NCBI RefSeq assembly: GCF_006345805.1
Contig: NC_043004.1
Coordinates: 75,082,001 to 75,146,000 of the forward strand
Direction: 5' to 3'
Length of the DNA stretch: 64,000 nt
Source of the DNA: Octopus sinensis
Taxonomy: Eukaryota
Part shown: one piece after another, positions 48,096-61,564 of the stretch
How positions within the stretch are numbered: position 1 is the stretch's first letter
Layout: the number at the start of each line of letters is the position of its first letter
Made by a program: the position numbers and the translations under genes
The notes under the pieces: generated by a model
Databases searched by the model: none
Told to the model about the DNA's origin: nothing
Seen by the model: the letters and a program-made list of their open reading frames with translations, nothing else

Positions 48096-48636
48096 ACTGA
48101 CATTGACCATACTCAAATGGTGCTTTTGAGCATGGTCAATGCCAGTACTGCTTGACTGGCCCTCGTGCCGGTGGTATGTAAAAGCACCCACTACACTCTC
48201 AGAGTGGTTGTCATTAGGAAGGGCATCCAGCTGTAGAAACTTTGCCAGATCAGATTGGAGCCTAGTGCAGCCTTCTGGCTTGCCAGTCCTCAGTCAATCT
48301 GTCCGAACCCTGCCAGCTTCTCCCCAAATTCCCGGCCTTGTGCCAAAATTTGAATCCAGCAGAGTGGCTGACTATTGCTGGATGTTGCATCTTGAATCTC
48401 GATCAAATGCTCACAAGTTAAAGAGTTCCAGGCATAGATTCCAAGAGAAAAAAAGATTTCAAGGTGATGGACCCCCAAAATGAATGAAACTCTTGTAAAA
48501 AGTCTATTTTCTCACCTTTCAATCTTCTCACCTTTCAGTTGCATTTGTGCCATTTTATTTTACTAAATAAAATATCAATTTCATTTTGTCCTACATGAGG
48601 ATGTACTTACAAATTATGCTATATTTTATCATTAAA

Positions 48637-49023
48637 CTAGCAGTGTAGCCCAGCGTTGCTAGGGCTTGTTTTCTTTTCAACCCTTTAGAATTGGAATTTT
48701 TGAAAAGTAAAAATTTTGCATTATATAGCTTGTTATTCTCTGTAAGTGAACATTTTTCTGGTTGAAATACACCAAAAATTAGTAACAAAAAATCGTAAAA
48801 AATAGGGATTTTCATAGAAAAAAAGCACCTTTTTGATGTAAATAATTTTTGGTGTTAACATGGTCCGATTTGAATGTTTTCTTTTATGGAAGGAAGAGCA
48901 AGCCTTCTATCATACTCTCAATTTTGGTCAACTTGCACCGCTGGGTCTTGGAATGAGATAGCGTTAGTTGAAGGCTACCACACCTGCCATACACAGACAA
49001 CTTCAGCTTTATATATATATAGA
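48637..49023 (-). mobile_element. Non-autonomous Helitron, second family (truncated plus-strand copy at about 7823-8092)
   Basis: Minus strand begins TCTATATAT...AAGCTGAAGTTG and ends with hairpin gccctagcaacgctgggc then CTAG; homologous to 7823-8092. Confidence 0.8.
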
Positions 49024-49191
49024 TTGTGAGAAAACTTTAGGTGATGGAAACGAGCCTTTTAGATGTTATGAATTGGTGCCACAAACATACATGAAGTAAC
49101 ATAGAATTATCAAAGCAATTTTCACAGAGTTCCATTTCACAGACCTGTGTATATTATTTATATATGAAAAGGGTTAGTTTGCAATACATAC

Positions 49192-49313
49192 TCCTAAATG
49201 AACTTATCCAGTAGATGTGAAGACCGAAGACAGTTATAGATGTTGGTTCATATGTGGTGGTAACAATCACATCACGGTAACGTCCATCGAGAGAAATTCT
49301 TTCAATCTGATTT
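49192..49313 (-). CDS. LRP2: LRP2-like exon, YWTD repeat (NQIERISLDGRYRDVIV...ITVFGLHIYWISSFR)
   Basis: tttttag/gtatgt, 122 nt, phase 2-1. Confidence 0.9.
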
Positions 49314-49944
49314 CTAAAAAACATTGAAAATACATACATATATAAAATACTCTCAGAGAAAATAAAATAAAATATAGGAAACATTATCACTAAAAGTAAA
49401 AACAAAAAAACATTAATTAATTTTTCGTTTTTAATGATGTAAATTAAAGCAAATAAAACTACAAATAATAGCTTATAAATGAAGGCTGCCACTCTATCAG
49501 TTGGGACAATGTGTGTTCCAGTTGATCCAGCCTGGGGCTGTAGTGTGAGTGGAGTTGGTCAATGGAAACTGAAAGAAGCTCATAGTATGTACGTGTGAGT
49601 GTGTGTGTGTACTTTTGTTTTGATATCACCGATGGTTGTAAATGACGATGTTCTTTTCAAGCTTTCTGTGACAAAACGTGTTCGACCATATTGGGGAAAT
49701 ATTATCTTGCTTGGAAACAGGTGAAGGTTAGTGACAGGGAGGGCATCCGGCTGTAGAAAATCTGCAGCAACAAACAAAAGCATGGGAAAATGAATGGAGA
49801 TGATGATGACAATAATGAGGAGGAGGAGGGGAGGAGGAGAGGGAGAGAAAAGCAAACTTTATTTACGAATACCCATAAAACAAATATTAAGTGTCAGGTG
49901 GAACAATGAAGACACTCATGACAAACGAAATCTATGCAACTTAC

Positions 49945-50109
49945 TTGAGTGTATCAGCCCAGTAAAGCTTTTCATAGGTGTAGTCAATGGCCAGGCCATC
50001 TGGGTCACCTAAGTCAGAGCTGACCAGCACGGATCTTTGATTACCAGCCATAGTTGATTTTTCAATGCTTGGTGATTGACCAATACCTGAATTCGACCAA
50101 TACATGTAC
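49945..50109 (-). CDS. LRP2: LRP2-like exon, YWTD repeats (YMYWSN...PDGLAIDYTYEKLYWADTL)
   Basis: ttctag/gtaag, 165 nt, phase 2-2. Confidence 0.95.
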
Positions 50110-52046
50110 CTAGAAACATATATATATATATACAAGAAAGTTTTTATATTACAATGTTGCTCGTTTGGTTTCATACAGGTGTTGTGAATGTACAGATTGT
50201 GAAGGAGCATGGTTCAGTGGTTAGAACATTTGGGTCACAATCATAAGGCCATGACTTCAATTCTCAGCAGTGCAGTGTGTCCTTGAGCAAGACACTTTAC
50301 TTTACATTGTTCCAGTCTATGCAACTGGCAAAAACGAGTTGTACCTGTAATTCATTAGGGGCCAGCCTTGTCACATTCGGTATCATGCTGAATCTTCCTG
50401 AGAACTACGGCAGGGGTATGTGTATCTGTGGAGTACTCGGCCACTTGCATATGAATTTCACAAGCAGGTTGTTCCATTCAATGGATCAAATGGAACCCTC
50501 GTTGTCATAACCAATGGCGGGGGGGGGGGGCAGGGTCCAGTCTACAGATCAGATAGAACACAGGGAATTCAGAACTGGGTCAGTGAGTAACAAATTCATC
50601 CACAAAGAGAAAGTCAACCAACAAAGGCAGACAAAAAAGAAATAAATCTTTATCTCTTAAACATAAGAAGTACTAAATAAGGTTCGGTTAAGCAGATCAT
50701 ATTAGAGTAGGATGACCGATTGACCGCCTGGCACTCCCTTGGTTACCATGAATAATGTTCCAGTTGATCTGGTCAATGGAACAGTCTGCTTGTGAAATTA
50801 ATGCACAACTGGCAGCTTATCACCTTAATAATTCTAATACCATTACTAATAATAATGATGGACCCTGCTCCCAATAAAGGTGACATGTGAGTGTTCAACT
50901 ATTTGCTGAAAGACCTGCACAAATGATTTGTCTATAGTGCCCCAACATGGCCACAGCTCATGAGCAGAAACTAGATCAAATGTTTATGTTGTGCATTAGC
51001 TCCCTCTTTCCATCAAATCAACGTTGGCTGAACAGGTGCATGGTGTACCATAGATCAGGTGTCAATTGATTTCAGAGCAATATGAAATGAAGCAGCTTGC
51101 TCAAGAACACAATGTACCACTTGTTCTAGGAGTTGAAATCCTGATTGTTAGATTGTGAGTGCAATGCCCTAAGCACTGAGCCATGTGCTGCCCCTGTTGT
51201 AATACCAGGCAGTGGCTCTCGTGGCATCTGATCTTAACTGATTGGAAGTGTTATCATGCACATGTTTTGTTTTGGTGTAAAAGATGGACTACAACAAATA
51301 TTCTAGGCAATACCACAAATTTACTTGTCAGTTGCTTGACCTTCACTAGTTGAGCGTGTCCCTCAGTGGCTGACAATATGTGCATCTCTGATCACAAGCA
51401 GAAGTAGTGGGGAGCATCATAGCTTTGTGTTGAGAGGGATTCTTTGGGGGTTTCAATAATTCACCCCTGAAAACATAAGTATTTCGTTCATCATCCTTAA
51501 ACAACCCTTATCTTAGGGACCTTTTATGAGGAACCAGTGATTTGACCTGATGAGAATTCTAACTGGGCCCCACCTGGAAGGTCCTGAGCTGGTTATTTCG
51601 ATATGAGCTCACAATGTTGCGCACCCATGTTTGTGATGCATGGGCCTGGTGTACCTTTAACGGATGGGTAGTCATGATTTACATAATGGGTTTCCTATAT
51701 TTGTACCCCAGCATCACTTTGATGGCATGTGCTGCTCTCTCACTCAATAATAATTATAATAGCAATAATAATAATAGTAATAATAAAGGAAATGTGTATC
51801 GAGTGTTCAGCAAAGTTGTGGCCAAATGTTTGCCTTCTTGGCATGGACAGAATCAACAAGAAAATATTAGATGGCTGAACAGAACGGATAGTATGGTACC
51901 ATAGGCTGCATGTAGCAAACCGATTACTCATGCAAGACTCCAGCAAAAAAGAAAAGAAAAAAGAAAAAAATCCTGAATTGAAAGAATGATATTAAAAATA
52001 TTAAAAAATAGAAATGCAATGATGAGGTGAGTTAGAGGATACATAC

Positions 52047-52206
52047 CCTTTACAAGGGTCAAGCACAATGCTCCTGGGTTTCTGTGTGGTCAGCAAAGTA
52101 GCCTTGTATGTTGAGTCAAAACTCATCACTGAAATCCTATTGTATAACGCATCTGTCCAGTAAATCTTTTGACCGGTCCAGTCAACAGCGATTTTGCCAA
52201 TGAAAG
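52047..52206 (-). CDS. LRP2: LRP2-like exon, YWTD repeat (AFIGKIAVDWTGQKIYWTDALYNRI...PRSIVLDPCKG)
   Basis: Canonical AVDW/YWTD motifs, ttcag/gtatgt, 160 nt, phase 1-2. Confidence 0.95.
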
Positions 52207-54344
52207 CTGAATCAAATGGAAGACGAGTTTATATCATGTACAACCACATTAAAAACATGTAGGCTAAAATACACTTACAACCAATGCTACATGTTAAATG
52301 AATGTTTAAGTTGCAGTGTCACAAAGGATTTGTGTGCATGTCTTTTATTGTTTTACTTGTTTTAGCCACTGGAATGTGACCATGCTGGGGCACTTCTTTG
52401 AAGAGTTTTAGTACATTTGGTACATTTTTTCTAAGCCTGGAACTTATTCTATCAGTATCTTTTGCTGAACTGCTATATTATGGGGATTTGAACAAACCAA
52501 CAGAGGTTGTCAAGCAGTGGAGTTGGAGATGAACACAGATTCAAATACAGATACACACACACACACTCACACACACACGCAGGTTTCCACACAGTCTCTA
52601 TTTATTGGTCAACCTGGAGTTACAGCTGAAGACACTTGCCAATGTGCTGCACAGTGGGACTGAACCTGAAACCACATGGTTATTAAGTGGCCAACTAGAC
52701 CACCCAGCCATGCCTGTGCTTATAAATGTATATATGCATGAGACACACCTGTAGATGCAAATAGTCACAAAGAGATGTTTTAGGTGCCTATGAGGGTATG
52801 TCAATAGGAGTGCATCCTCAAATGTGTGGTGCAGGTGAAGACCGTTCTAAGCATTTTAACCAATTTTCTCAAGTTATTCTACAAACAGGTTTTGTTGATG
52901 ATTTCACTTACACCATTTTATTAATTCCTGGGAGGGTCATTATGTTAATAAACATACACATATATACACACTGGTTCTGTTTCACTTTTATTTAAAAAAA
53001 TTTCAGGCGTTGTGCCTATTGTAGAAAAGATTATTATTATTATTATTATTACTATTATTATTATTATTATTATTATTGTTGTTGTTGTTTCATTTAGTGA
53101 GAGAGCAGTGCATGCCACCAAAATGATACTGGGGTAAAATATACGAAGCCCAGTATACCCATTATGACTGCCTGTCTGATAAGAGTACAGCAGGCACATG
53201 CATCACAACCATATGTGCGTGGCATGGTAATCTCATATCATGATTAACAGCACATGAACTTGCAGGTGGGGCCCAGTTAGAATTTTCTTCAGGTCAAATA
53301 GCCCATCCCACTCAAAAGGTCTCTGAATAAGGTTTGTTTAAGGCTGTTGAACAAAACATCCATGTTTCCAAAGGTGAATTATCCAATCCCCAAAGAATCC
53401 CTCTCAACACATGGCTATGATGCTCCCCCACTGCTTCTGCTCGTGATTAGAGATGCATATATCGTCAGCCACCAAGGGACATGCTCAACTGGTTGCAGTC
53501 AGCAACTGACAAGCAAATCTGTGGTACTGAGCAGCATATTTGCTGTTGCTCATCCTTTATAGCAAAACAAAACAATGATCAATTAAGATCAGAAGCCATG
53601 AGAGCCACTGCCGGGTACTGCATCAGGGCATTATTATTATCATTATCATTATCATCATCATTATTATTATTATTATTATTAGTAGTAGTAGTAGTAGTAC
53701 TTTGGTTAGCTAATTAACCAATTATCTAGTCGATTGTTTGACTAATTGCATAGGGATTCACTCAATCAGGTAGGTTTGTTCAAATCCTTTCATCGTCATT
53801 CATGATCTCACAAATGACACGTCTTCACCACTCTAAGTCTGCTTCAGGTCTGTTGTATATTCATTATTATCATGATGACCCTCTTAGTACACATCATCAT
53901 CATCATCATCATCATTTAATGTCCTCTTTCCATGTTGGCATGGGTTGGACAGTTTGTCAAGCACTAGCAAGACAGGTTCCAATTACTCATTTTAGTACGG
54001 TTTCTGGAGGCCTTTCTTAATGCCAACCACTTTACATTGTGTACAGGGTGCTTTTTATGTCACACCAGCACCAGTGCTTTATACATGGAACCAGCACAGG
54101 TGTTTTATCATATTCAGTGTCACTCTTGCAAAATTTCTTGTATTATCATATTTTAGTTTTTAGCGTTTTCTTTGCTTATCTTTTACCACATTATATATTC
54201 ACCAACATTATATAGTTACTCACATTATATATTTACTATTTTGTATATTTACTTACATTGTATATTCACCCATATTATATAATTCATCCACATTATACAT
54301 TTACCATTTTATATTGTTAATGATATTATATTACTCTTTTACTC

Positions 54345-54731
54345 TTTTACTTTTTTACTTGTTTCAGTCATTTAACTGCGGCCATGCTGGAGCACTGCCT
54401 TCAGTCGAGCAAATCGACCCCGGGACTTATTCTTTGTTAACCCAGTACTTATTCAATCAGTCTCTTTTGCCGAACCGCTAAGTGATGGGGACGTAAACAC
54501 ACCAGCATTGCTTGCCAAGCAATGCTAGGGGGACAAACACAGACACACATGCATATATATACATATATACGACAGGCTTCTTTCAGTTTCCGTCTACCAA
54601 ATCCACTCACAAGGCATTGGTTGGCCCGGGGCTATAGCAGAAGACACTTGTCCAAGATGCCATGCAGTGGGACTGAACCCGGAACCATGTGGTTGGTTAG
54701 CAAGCTACTTACCACACAGCCACTCCTGCGC
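54345..54731 (-). mobile_element. tRNA-derived SINE, second family (copies at about 551-925, 28648-29010, 58704-59040 and others)
   Basis: Head ggagtggctgtgtggtaag...ggttcagtcccactg, body ccttgtgagtggatttggtagacggaaactgaaagaagcc, tail gactgaaacaagtaaaa. Confidence 0.8.
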
Positions 54732-54881
54732 CTTTGTTGATATTTTAGTTTTTATTATTACCATAATATTACAGCCACAGACCACATTATATATTCACCC
54801 ACATTATATATTTACCATTTTGTATAGTTACTCACATTGTATATTCACCCACATTATATATTTACCATATTATATATTTAC

Positions 54882-55121
54882 CTTGTTTGTTCTCCGGATC
54901 AATAACAAACTGTTGACTGGTTTTTGTTTCACCATCATATCGGACTATAGCTGCAGGATTGTTTATACCATAGTAAATCTGATTGCTTTTAGCATCATAT
55001 CCTACACTACTAACTTCGTCGGTGGCTGCAATAGTTGTAATCTTTTGACGTGTTCGGTTAGGGTGCAAAGATATTGAGTGGATGCTGGAATCAATGGCCA
55101 TCAGCAAAAATTCCTTTGATG
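54882..55121 (-). CDS. LRP2: LRP2-like exon, start of YWTD propeller (PSKEFLLMAIDSSIHSISL...IYYG...ENKQ)
   Basis: ttttcag/gtaaa, 240 nt, phase 1-1. Confidence 0.88.
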
Positions 55122-55226
55122 CTGAAAATAAAAGCAGGGTATTGCATAGCAGAAACAAGGCAGGTATTAAGAAAATGGATTTACTTTATTCTTTAATCTG
55201 AAAAAGTGAAGGTACATGGTCTAGAG

Positions 55227-55627
55227 CAAAGGTTCTCAACAGGGGGCCATATAGCCCCTCAGGGGGTGCCATTTGGAGCTTGAGGTGGACGTTTTGGAGC
55301 AAAGGGGTTCTCTTGTACCAAAGAGCTCTCTTTCGATAGATAACATGTCGATCTCATAAGTGTCACATGATGGAAATAAACACAATTACCAAACTTTCAA
55401 TTCCTTATTTTGGATTCTTTGCATTTCAGTTTGTACATCTGTACTCCCGACTGCATGCAAGCGCAAATGTAAAACTACGTCCTTTATTTTTTAATCATTA
55501 TCTGCTGATATCAAAGTAAGTAGTATATTGAAAAATGAAAATATTTTCTGGTGGGGATGGGGGGGGGGCATTTGTGACTCTAAGGGTCAAAAGGAGGCCT
55601 TTGGCTAAAATGGGTTGAGAGCCTTTG
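55227..55627. mobile_element. hAT-type MITE
   Basis: TIRs caaaggttctcaac / gttgagagcctttg; 8-bp TSD gtctagag / gcctagag; inserted in a SINE head. Confidence 0.8.
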
Positions 55628-56326
55628 GCCTAGAGGTTAGGTTGTGGTGTATTGGGTTCTTGAATTAAACATTTCATTACTTCACTCAGCTGTAAGAGTG
55701 TAACCCTACAAGGGGCTGGTGTACCGTTCAGTGGCAATGTTGTGATATTGGTCACTTATACACCATTGAAACAGAATAACTGACCTGAAGAGCCCTTCAC
55801 TTCAAGACAGAAGAACCACCACCACCACCACTATTACTCTGAAGAGGAGATAAATCTGTGTCTAAACTACTTGGAGGATTACATTATCCAACATGTCATG
55901 TCTTAAGATGGTAGAGTATGATTTGAAGGAGATCTGGCTGTTATTTCTAGTAGTTTGACTCTATAAAGGGCTGCTTTGTTGGGTTAGACACATTTAGAAA
56001 AAGTAAGGAGCAGAGTAGGTTGTTATGACCATGAGGGAGATTTGGCTGCTATTTCTAGCAGTTTGACCCTATAGAGGCACTTTTTGGGGGGTTCAGAGTC
56101 ACTCAGCCTCATATAAATTAGAAAAGAAGAAAGTAAGTTGTGACAACCATGAGGGGCATTTGGCTGCTATTTCTAGCAGTTTGATCCTATAGAGACTATT
56201 TTGTTGGCTGAGATCCACTCGATAAGCTGTCACAGCTGTGTATTCGCATCTGTACCATGAGTTAAGTAAAAAAAGGAATCTTGTAGGGAAAGGAACTGTT
56301 GCAGAAAAACCTAAAATGTATCTTAC

Positions 56327-56455
56327 GTTTGCATTTCTTTCCATCAGAATCGAGGTCTCCTTCAACACATTTGCACACAGGCTGAGGGCTTCCAGCAATA
56401 GCAAAGCATAACTGGTCACACCCACCATTGTTGACAGCACAAGGATTACTGGGAT
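56327..56455 (-). CDS. LRP2: LRP2-like exon, EGF-like domain (DPSNPCAVNNGGCDQLC...DGKKCK)
   Basis: 6-Cys EGF pattern, ttttcag/gtaag, 129 nt, phase 1-1. Confidence 0.93.
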
Positions 56456-58334
56456 CTGAAAAATGTAACACAGTTATGTATTTGAATGTTGGTTTCACAT
56501 TTTGGCACAAGGTGAGCAATTTTGGAGGGGAGGGGCTGGAATATTACATCAGCCCCAGTGTTAAACCGGTACTTGATTTGTTGACCCTGAAAGGATGAAA
56601 TGCAAAGTCGACCTCAGTGGAATTTGAACTCAGAACATGAAGACCTTCAAAATGATGCTCAACATTTTGCCAGGCATGCTAACAATTCTGCCAGGTGACC
56701 ACCTTAAAAAGGTTACACAGCTAAGTAATAAATATTAAAAACAAATCTTGGGTGGGTCATCATACCAGTAATAAGCACACACACATTGGCTCTGTTTTAC
56801 TTCTTTTATTGTTATTAGTCAATTGGTTAAGTATTTAACCAATTAACTAATCTACTTCAGGTCAGCTTCAGACCTAAAGTGGACAGGAAATGTCATTGAT
56901 GAGATGATGAATGGCAACAAAAACATTTTGACAAACCTGATTGGTTTAATGATTAATCAAACAACCAATTGCTTAATTGGTTAAATAGTTAGCCATTTGA
57001 CAAATACACAATCAAGAAGTGAGACAGAACCATCATCATTATCATCATCATTTAACGTCCACTTTCCATGCTGGCGTGGGTTGGACAGTTTGACTGGGGA
57101 CTGGTGAGCCAGATGGCTGCACTAGGCTCCAATCTGATCTGGCAGAGTTTCTATAGCTGGATGCCCTTCCTAACACCAACCACTCCGAGAGTGTAGTGGG
57201 TGCTTTTACGTGCCACTGGCATGAGGGCCAGTCAGGCAGTACTGGCAACAGCCATGCTCAAATGATGCTTTTTATGTGCCACTTGCACAGGTGCCAGTCC
57301 AGCGGCACTGGCAACGACCTCACTCGAATGTTTTTTCATGTGCCACCAGCACAAGTGCCAGTAAGGTAATGCAGGTAACAATCACGCTCAAATGGTGCTT
57401 TTTACATGTCACTAGCACAGATGTCAGTCATCGAATTTGATTTCGATTTCACTTGCCTCAACAGGTCTTTGCAAGCAGAGTTTAGTGTCCAGTGAAGGAA
57501 AGGTACACCTAAGTGGGCTGGTTACACCCCTGGCATAGGCCACAAGGTTATGGTCTCACTTGAGCTGTGTATTTATCATTGGCATAATGATCCTGTCTGA
57601 GATAAAACAAAATAGGTTTCCGCACACAAATTTGCATCAAAAATCTTGCAAAGCAAATATGAAAAGGAAATTCACAACAAATGTTATCAGCAAAAAATGG
57701 TTTAATAACATTGGAAGAAAGTGAAGCTGAGGAAACACTTCCCACATCAATAACAACAACATCACCATCATCATCATCAATACCAGCATCAGCAGAAGCA
57801 CCACCATCTGTACCAGCACCACCAGCACCTCTACCACTGCCAATACCAGCTTCAGCTCCACTTCCACTACCATCAATATCACCACCAGCACCACTACCAT
57901 TCTCATCGCAATCATTTCCTGGGAAGAAATGCTGTGAAAGGACAAGGACATTATTCAAGAAAGTACCATTTCTCATGAAATATTGTTTAATGGCTTCTAA
58001 CATAGACACAATGCCTCCCTTTGGGGTAGGGGTCACAGCTCATTGTATTATTGTTCTTTCTTCTGTTAATGCTTGGAAACGTCAGAAACACAGTGAGTTA
58101 GCAGAAGCATTGGAATATTCTTTTCTACTCTAGGCCTGACATTTTTGGGGCAAGGGGACAGTTGAGTAGATCAACCCCAATATGCAACTGGTACCTAATT
58201 TATCAACCCCGAAAGGATGAAAGGCAAAGTCAACCTCAACAGAATTTGAACTCAGAATGTAAAAACACACGAAATACCGCTAAGCATTTCACCCGGTGTG
58301 CTAACGTTTCTGCCAGCTTGCCACCTTAGAAGTA

Positions 58335-58690
58335 TATGCAATTTATGAACTTTCCTCTCACTTTCTCTGACTACATCCTGAAGTCTCTCAAGTTCCTCTT
58401 CTGATTCTGCGAGTAAGACTGTATTACAGGCATGTCTTATGTTTATGATCTTTCTGTCTCCTACTCCAAGACCTTTTTTTCTTTCTCCAATTCTCTTATG
58501 ATCAGTCTGCTACAGTAATTGAAGAGATCTGGTGACATAAAACATCCTTGTCTAACCCCTCTCCTGATGCTAGTGTATTCACGGCATTCTCCATCCAAAT
58601 TTATGTACACTGATTAGTTCCAATACAGGCTTTGCAAGATCTGGAGGTCTTTCCAATGCAAATCAAGGTTGCTCAGTTCTTCAAATTACT
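58335..58690 (-). mobile_element. Old RTE/BovB-like RT fragment, a different family
   Basis: Translates with frameshifts to GVRQGCxxSPDLF...KIINIRHACNTVLLAESEEEL (degenerate YADD region). Confidence 0.65.
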
Positions 58691-59178
58691 TGTCTATACA
58701 CGTAGGAGTGGCAGTGTGGTAAGTAGCTTGTTACTAACCACATGGTTCCAGGTTCAGTCCCACTGCATGGCACCTTGGGCAAGAGTCTTCTGCTATAGCC
58801 TTGGGCCGACCAAAGCCTTGTGAGTGGATTTGGTAGATAGAAACTGAAAGAAGCCCATCGTATATATGTCATGTGTGTGTGTGTGTGTTTGTATGTGTGT
58901 GTGTGTGTATATGTGTATGTCTGTGTGTCTTGAAAACTGATGCAGGTGTGTTTACATCCCTGTAACTTAGCGGTTCGGCAAAAGAGACCGATAGAATAAA
59001 TACTAGGCTTACAAAGAATAAGTCCTGGGGTCGATTTGCTGATGACCTGATACATATATATGGGGACACCAGAATCTTTTAAGTGCCTAAGACCTCTATG
59101 GTTCTTAATCAGGCCCTGATATATTATGGTTGTAAAACAAAATACTGTGTCCCTAGTAGCAATTAATAAAATATTAAT

Positions 59179-59950
59179 CATCGTCATTTAACGTCCGCTT
59201 TCCATGCTGGTATAGGTTGGATGGTTTGACAGAGGACTGGCGAGCCAGAAGGCTGCACCAGGCTCCAATCTGATCTGGCAAAGTTTCTACAGCTGGATGC
59301 CCTTCCTAACACCAATCACTCTAAGGGTGCTTTTACGTGCCACTGGCATGAAGGCCAGTCAGGTGGTACTTGGCAATGACCATGCCCAAAAGGTGTTTTT
59401 TACGTGCCACCTGCACAGGAACCAGTCCAGTGGCACTGGCTATAATTATGCTCAAATGCTGTATTTCACATGCCACCAGCACATGTACCAGTAAGGCGAT
59501 GCTGGCAACAATTACACTTAAACGGTGCTTTTTTCGTGCCACCAGCACAGTAGCCAGTCAGCAACCCTGTCAACATTCACTTGGATGGTGCTTTTAACGT
59601 TCCACTGGCACAAGTGCCAATCAGTTGGTACTGTCATCGGCCATGTCAGCGATTTTGATTTCGACTTCACTTGCCTCAACAGGTCTTCGCAAGCAAAGTT
59701 TATTGTCCAATGAATGAAGGGTACTCATAAGTGAGCTGGTTATACACCACTGGTACAGGCCACGGGTTATGGCCTCACTTGGCTTGTCAGGTCTTCTCAA
59801 GCACAGCATATTTCCAAAGGTATCAGTCACTTGTCATTGCTCGGTGAGACCCAATGTTTGAAGCTTGTGCTTCACCACCTCATCCCATGTCTTCCTGGGT
59901 CTACCTCTTCCACAGGTTCCCTCAACTGCTAGGGTGTGACACTTTTTCAC
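59179..59950 (-). mobile_element. RTE 3'-end fragment with expanded UTR subrepeat array (similar 3' ends at about 2048-2600, 8905-9620, 9874-10310, 29355-29742, 57031-57565, 61676-61925)
   Basis: Shares the terminal ...aggaagggcatccagctgtagaaac...acgttaaa(c/t)gatgatg segment with the 22693 element. Confidence 0.85.
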
Positions 59951-60676
59951 TTTTAATTAATAAAATAATATATCATATAATATAATATATAACATAATTA
60001 GGCACGTAGTTCCTCTGAAGATGCATGGCTCAGTAGTTAGATCGTGAGACTGTGAGTTCAATTCCCAGACTGGGATGCATGTTGTGTTGTTGAGCAAGAC
60101 ACTTTATTTCACATTACTCCAGTTCACTCAGCTATAGAAACGAATTGCGATGTCACTGGCACCAAGCTGTATCAGTCTTTTCCTTTCCCTTGGATAACAT
60201 TGGTGGCATGGAGAGGTGAGGCTGATATGCATGGGCTACTGCTGGTCTTCCATAAACAACCTTGCCAAGATCTGTGCTTCAGAGGGGAACTTTCTAAATG
60301 CAACCCCATGGTCATTCATGACCGAAGGGCATCACTTCCTTATAACTTCTCTCCATCAAGAAACCTGTTCTGTTCTGGAGCCTTTTTCCATATTTTAGCC
60401 CTCTATTTCCTAATACAAAGCTGCCTCTCTTTGAAGGTGATCTTAGTTGCATAGTGACCTCACAACGCTGGTGCAAGGGAAAATGCACTCAATACATTCC
60501 ATAAAGTGCTTGGTATAAGAAAATCTTCCAGTTTCTGAAACCTTGCTAAAGCAGATATTGGAGCACAATGTAGTCATGCCAACATGGAAAGCATGGAAGA
60601 GGAATATCAAAAGATGAGGATGATGATGAGGATGATGAGGATGGCAATTGTTTAGATATTGAAATCTCATACATAC

Positions 60677-60785
60677 CGCCTGGTTGGTTGGATTTATCAA
60701 ATATTGCAATGTCTATAAGATATCTCACATTTTTCTTGACGACAGTTGGGGCACCAACTCTAGAATTTTTATCCACTTTAAGGAC
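60677..60785 (-). CDS. LRP2: LRP2-like exon, end of propeller (VLKVDKNSRVGAPTVVKKNVRYLIDIAIFDKSNQPG)
   Basis: tttttag acceptor, gtatgt donor, 109 nt, phase 0-1; joins flanking exons in frame. Confidence 0.85.
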
Positions 60786-61353
60786 CTAAAAATATGAAGC
60801 AAAATAGTGAAATAATCTATTTTCAGAAATTTGAAACAAAAAAAATAATGAGAAAATCATTTAAGTCCAACATTTTTTTGAGTCTTCATTATGCACAAGC
60901 TTTGCCATATGGTTAAGGAGTTTACTTTCCAACTATGGAATCTCAGGTTCAGTCCCACTGTGCAGCACCTTGGGCAAGTGTCTTCTTTTATAACCCCAGG
61001 CTGACCAAAGTCTTGTGGGTGAATTTGGGAGGAAACTGTGTGGATGCCCTTTGTATATGTTAAAGTGGGTGGTGTTAGGAAGGGCAGTTAGCCATAGATA
61101 CCATGCTAAATCTGACATTAAAACTAAATATAGCCCTGTGATGTGTTGGACCCCATCAAACTGTCCAACTCATATATCATATCATATATATATATATATA
61201 TTGAAATGGATAAATGAATTATCTTGTTACGGATTATTCAAAATTTAACCGATACCTGGGTAGCAAAAATCACAACAGAAAAAACACGGTTGAGGTTACG
61301 ACCATGGGGTGTCACAACCGTGCCTTAGCGCGGATAATTGAAGTTTTATATAT

Positions 61354-61564
61354 TCAGTGAAGGGAAGAAATGGAGCTGAACGAGGATTTTGCTGCGCATT
61401 TGTTTTGGAGATTTAAATTCCTGGATTTTCCTAAAGAGAAAGCTGCAAAATGGTCTCCTTATTCAATCCGAATTTGGAAATTTGCAGCCTTTGAAACATG
61501 TGTAGAAAATAATAAAAGGAATTTTGTAGAATCCTCGTTCAGCTCCATTTCTTCCCTTCACTGA
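61354..61564. mobile_element. Foldback/MITE-like element with 35-bp perfect inverted termini
   Basis: tcagtgaagggaagaaatggagctgaacgaggatt (61354-61388) and its exact reverse complement (61530-61564), embedded in TA tracts. Confidence 0.75.

Noticed and set aside
51540-51600. CTGATGA in gacctgatgagaattc as a hammerhead core
   Set aside because: No downstream stem II-GAAA or closing stems. The CTGATGAAAC in the Helitron 5' ends also lacks stem II.
57548-58133. Gly-rich and Pro/Ser-rich ORFs of 150-162 aa
   Set aside because: Degenerate (CCA/CAG/CAT)n trinucleotide tract. The LRP2 exons at 60677 and 56455 join in frame without it and leave no domain gap.
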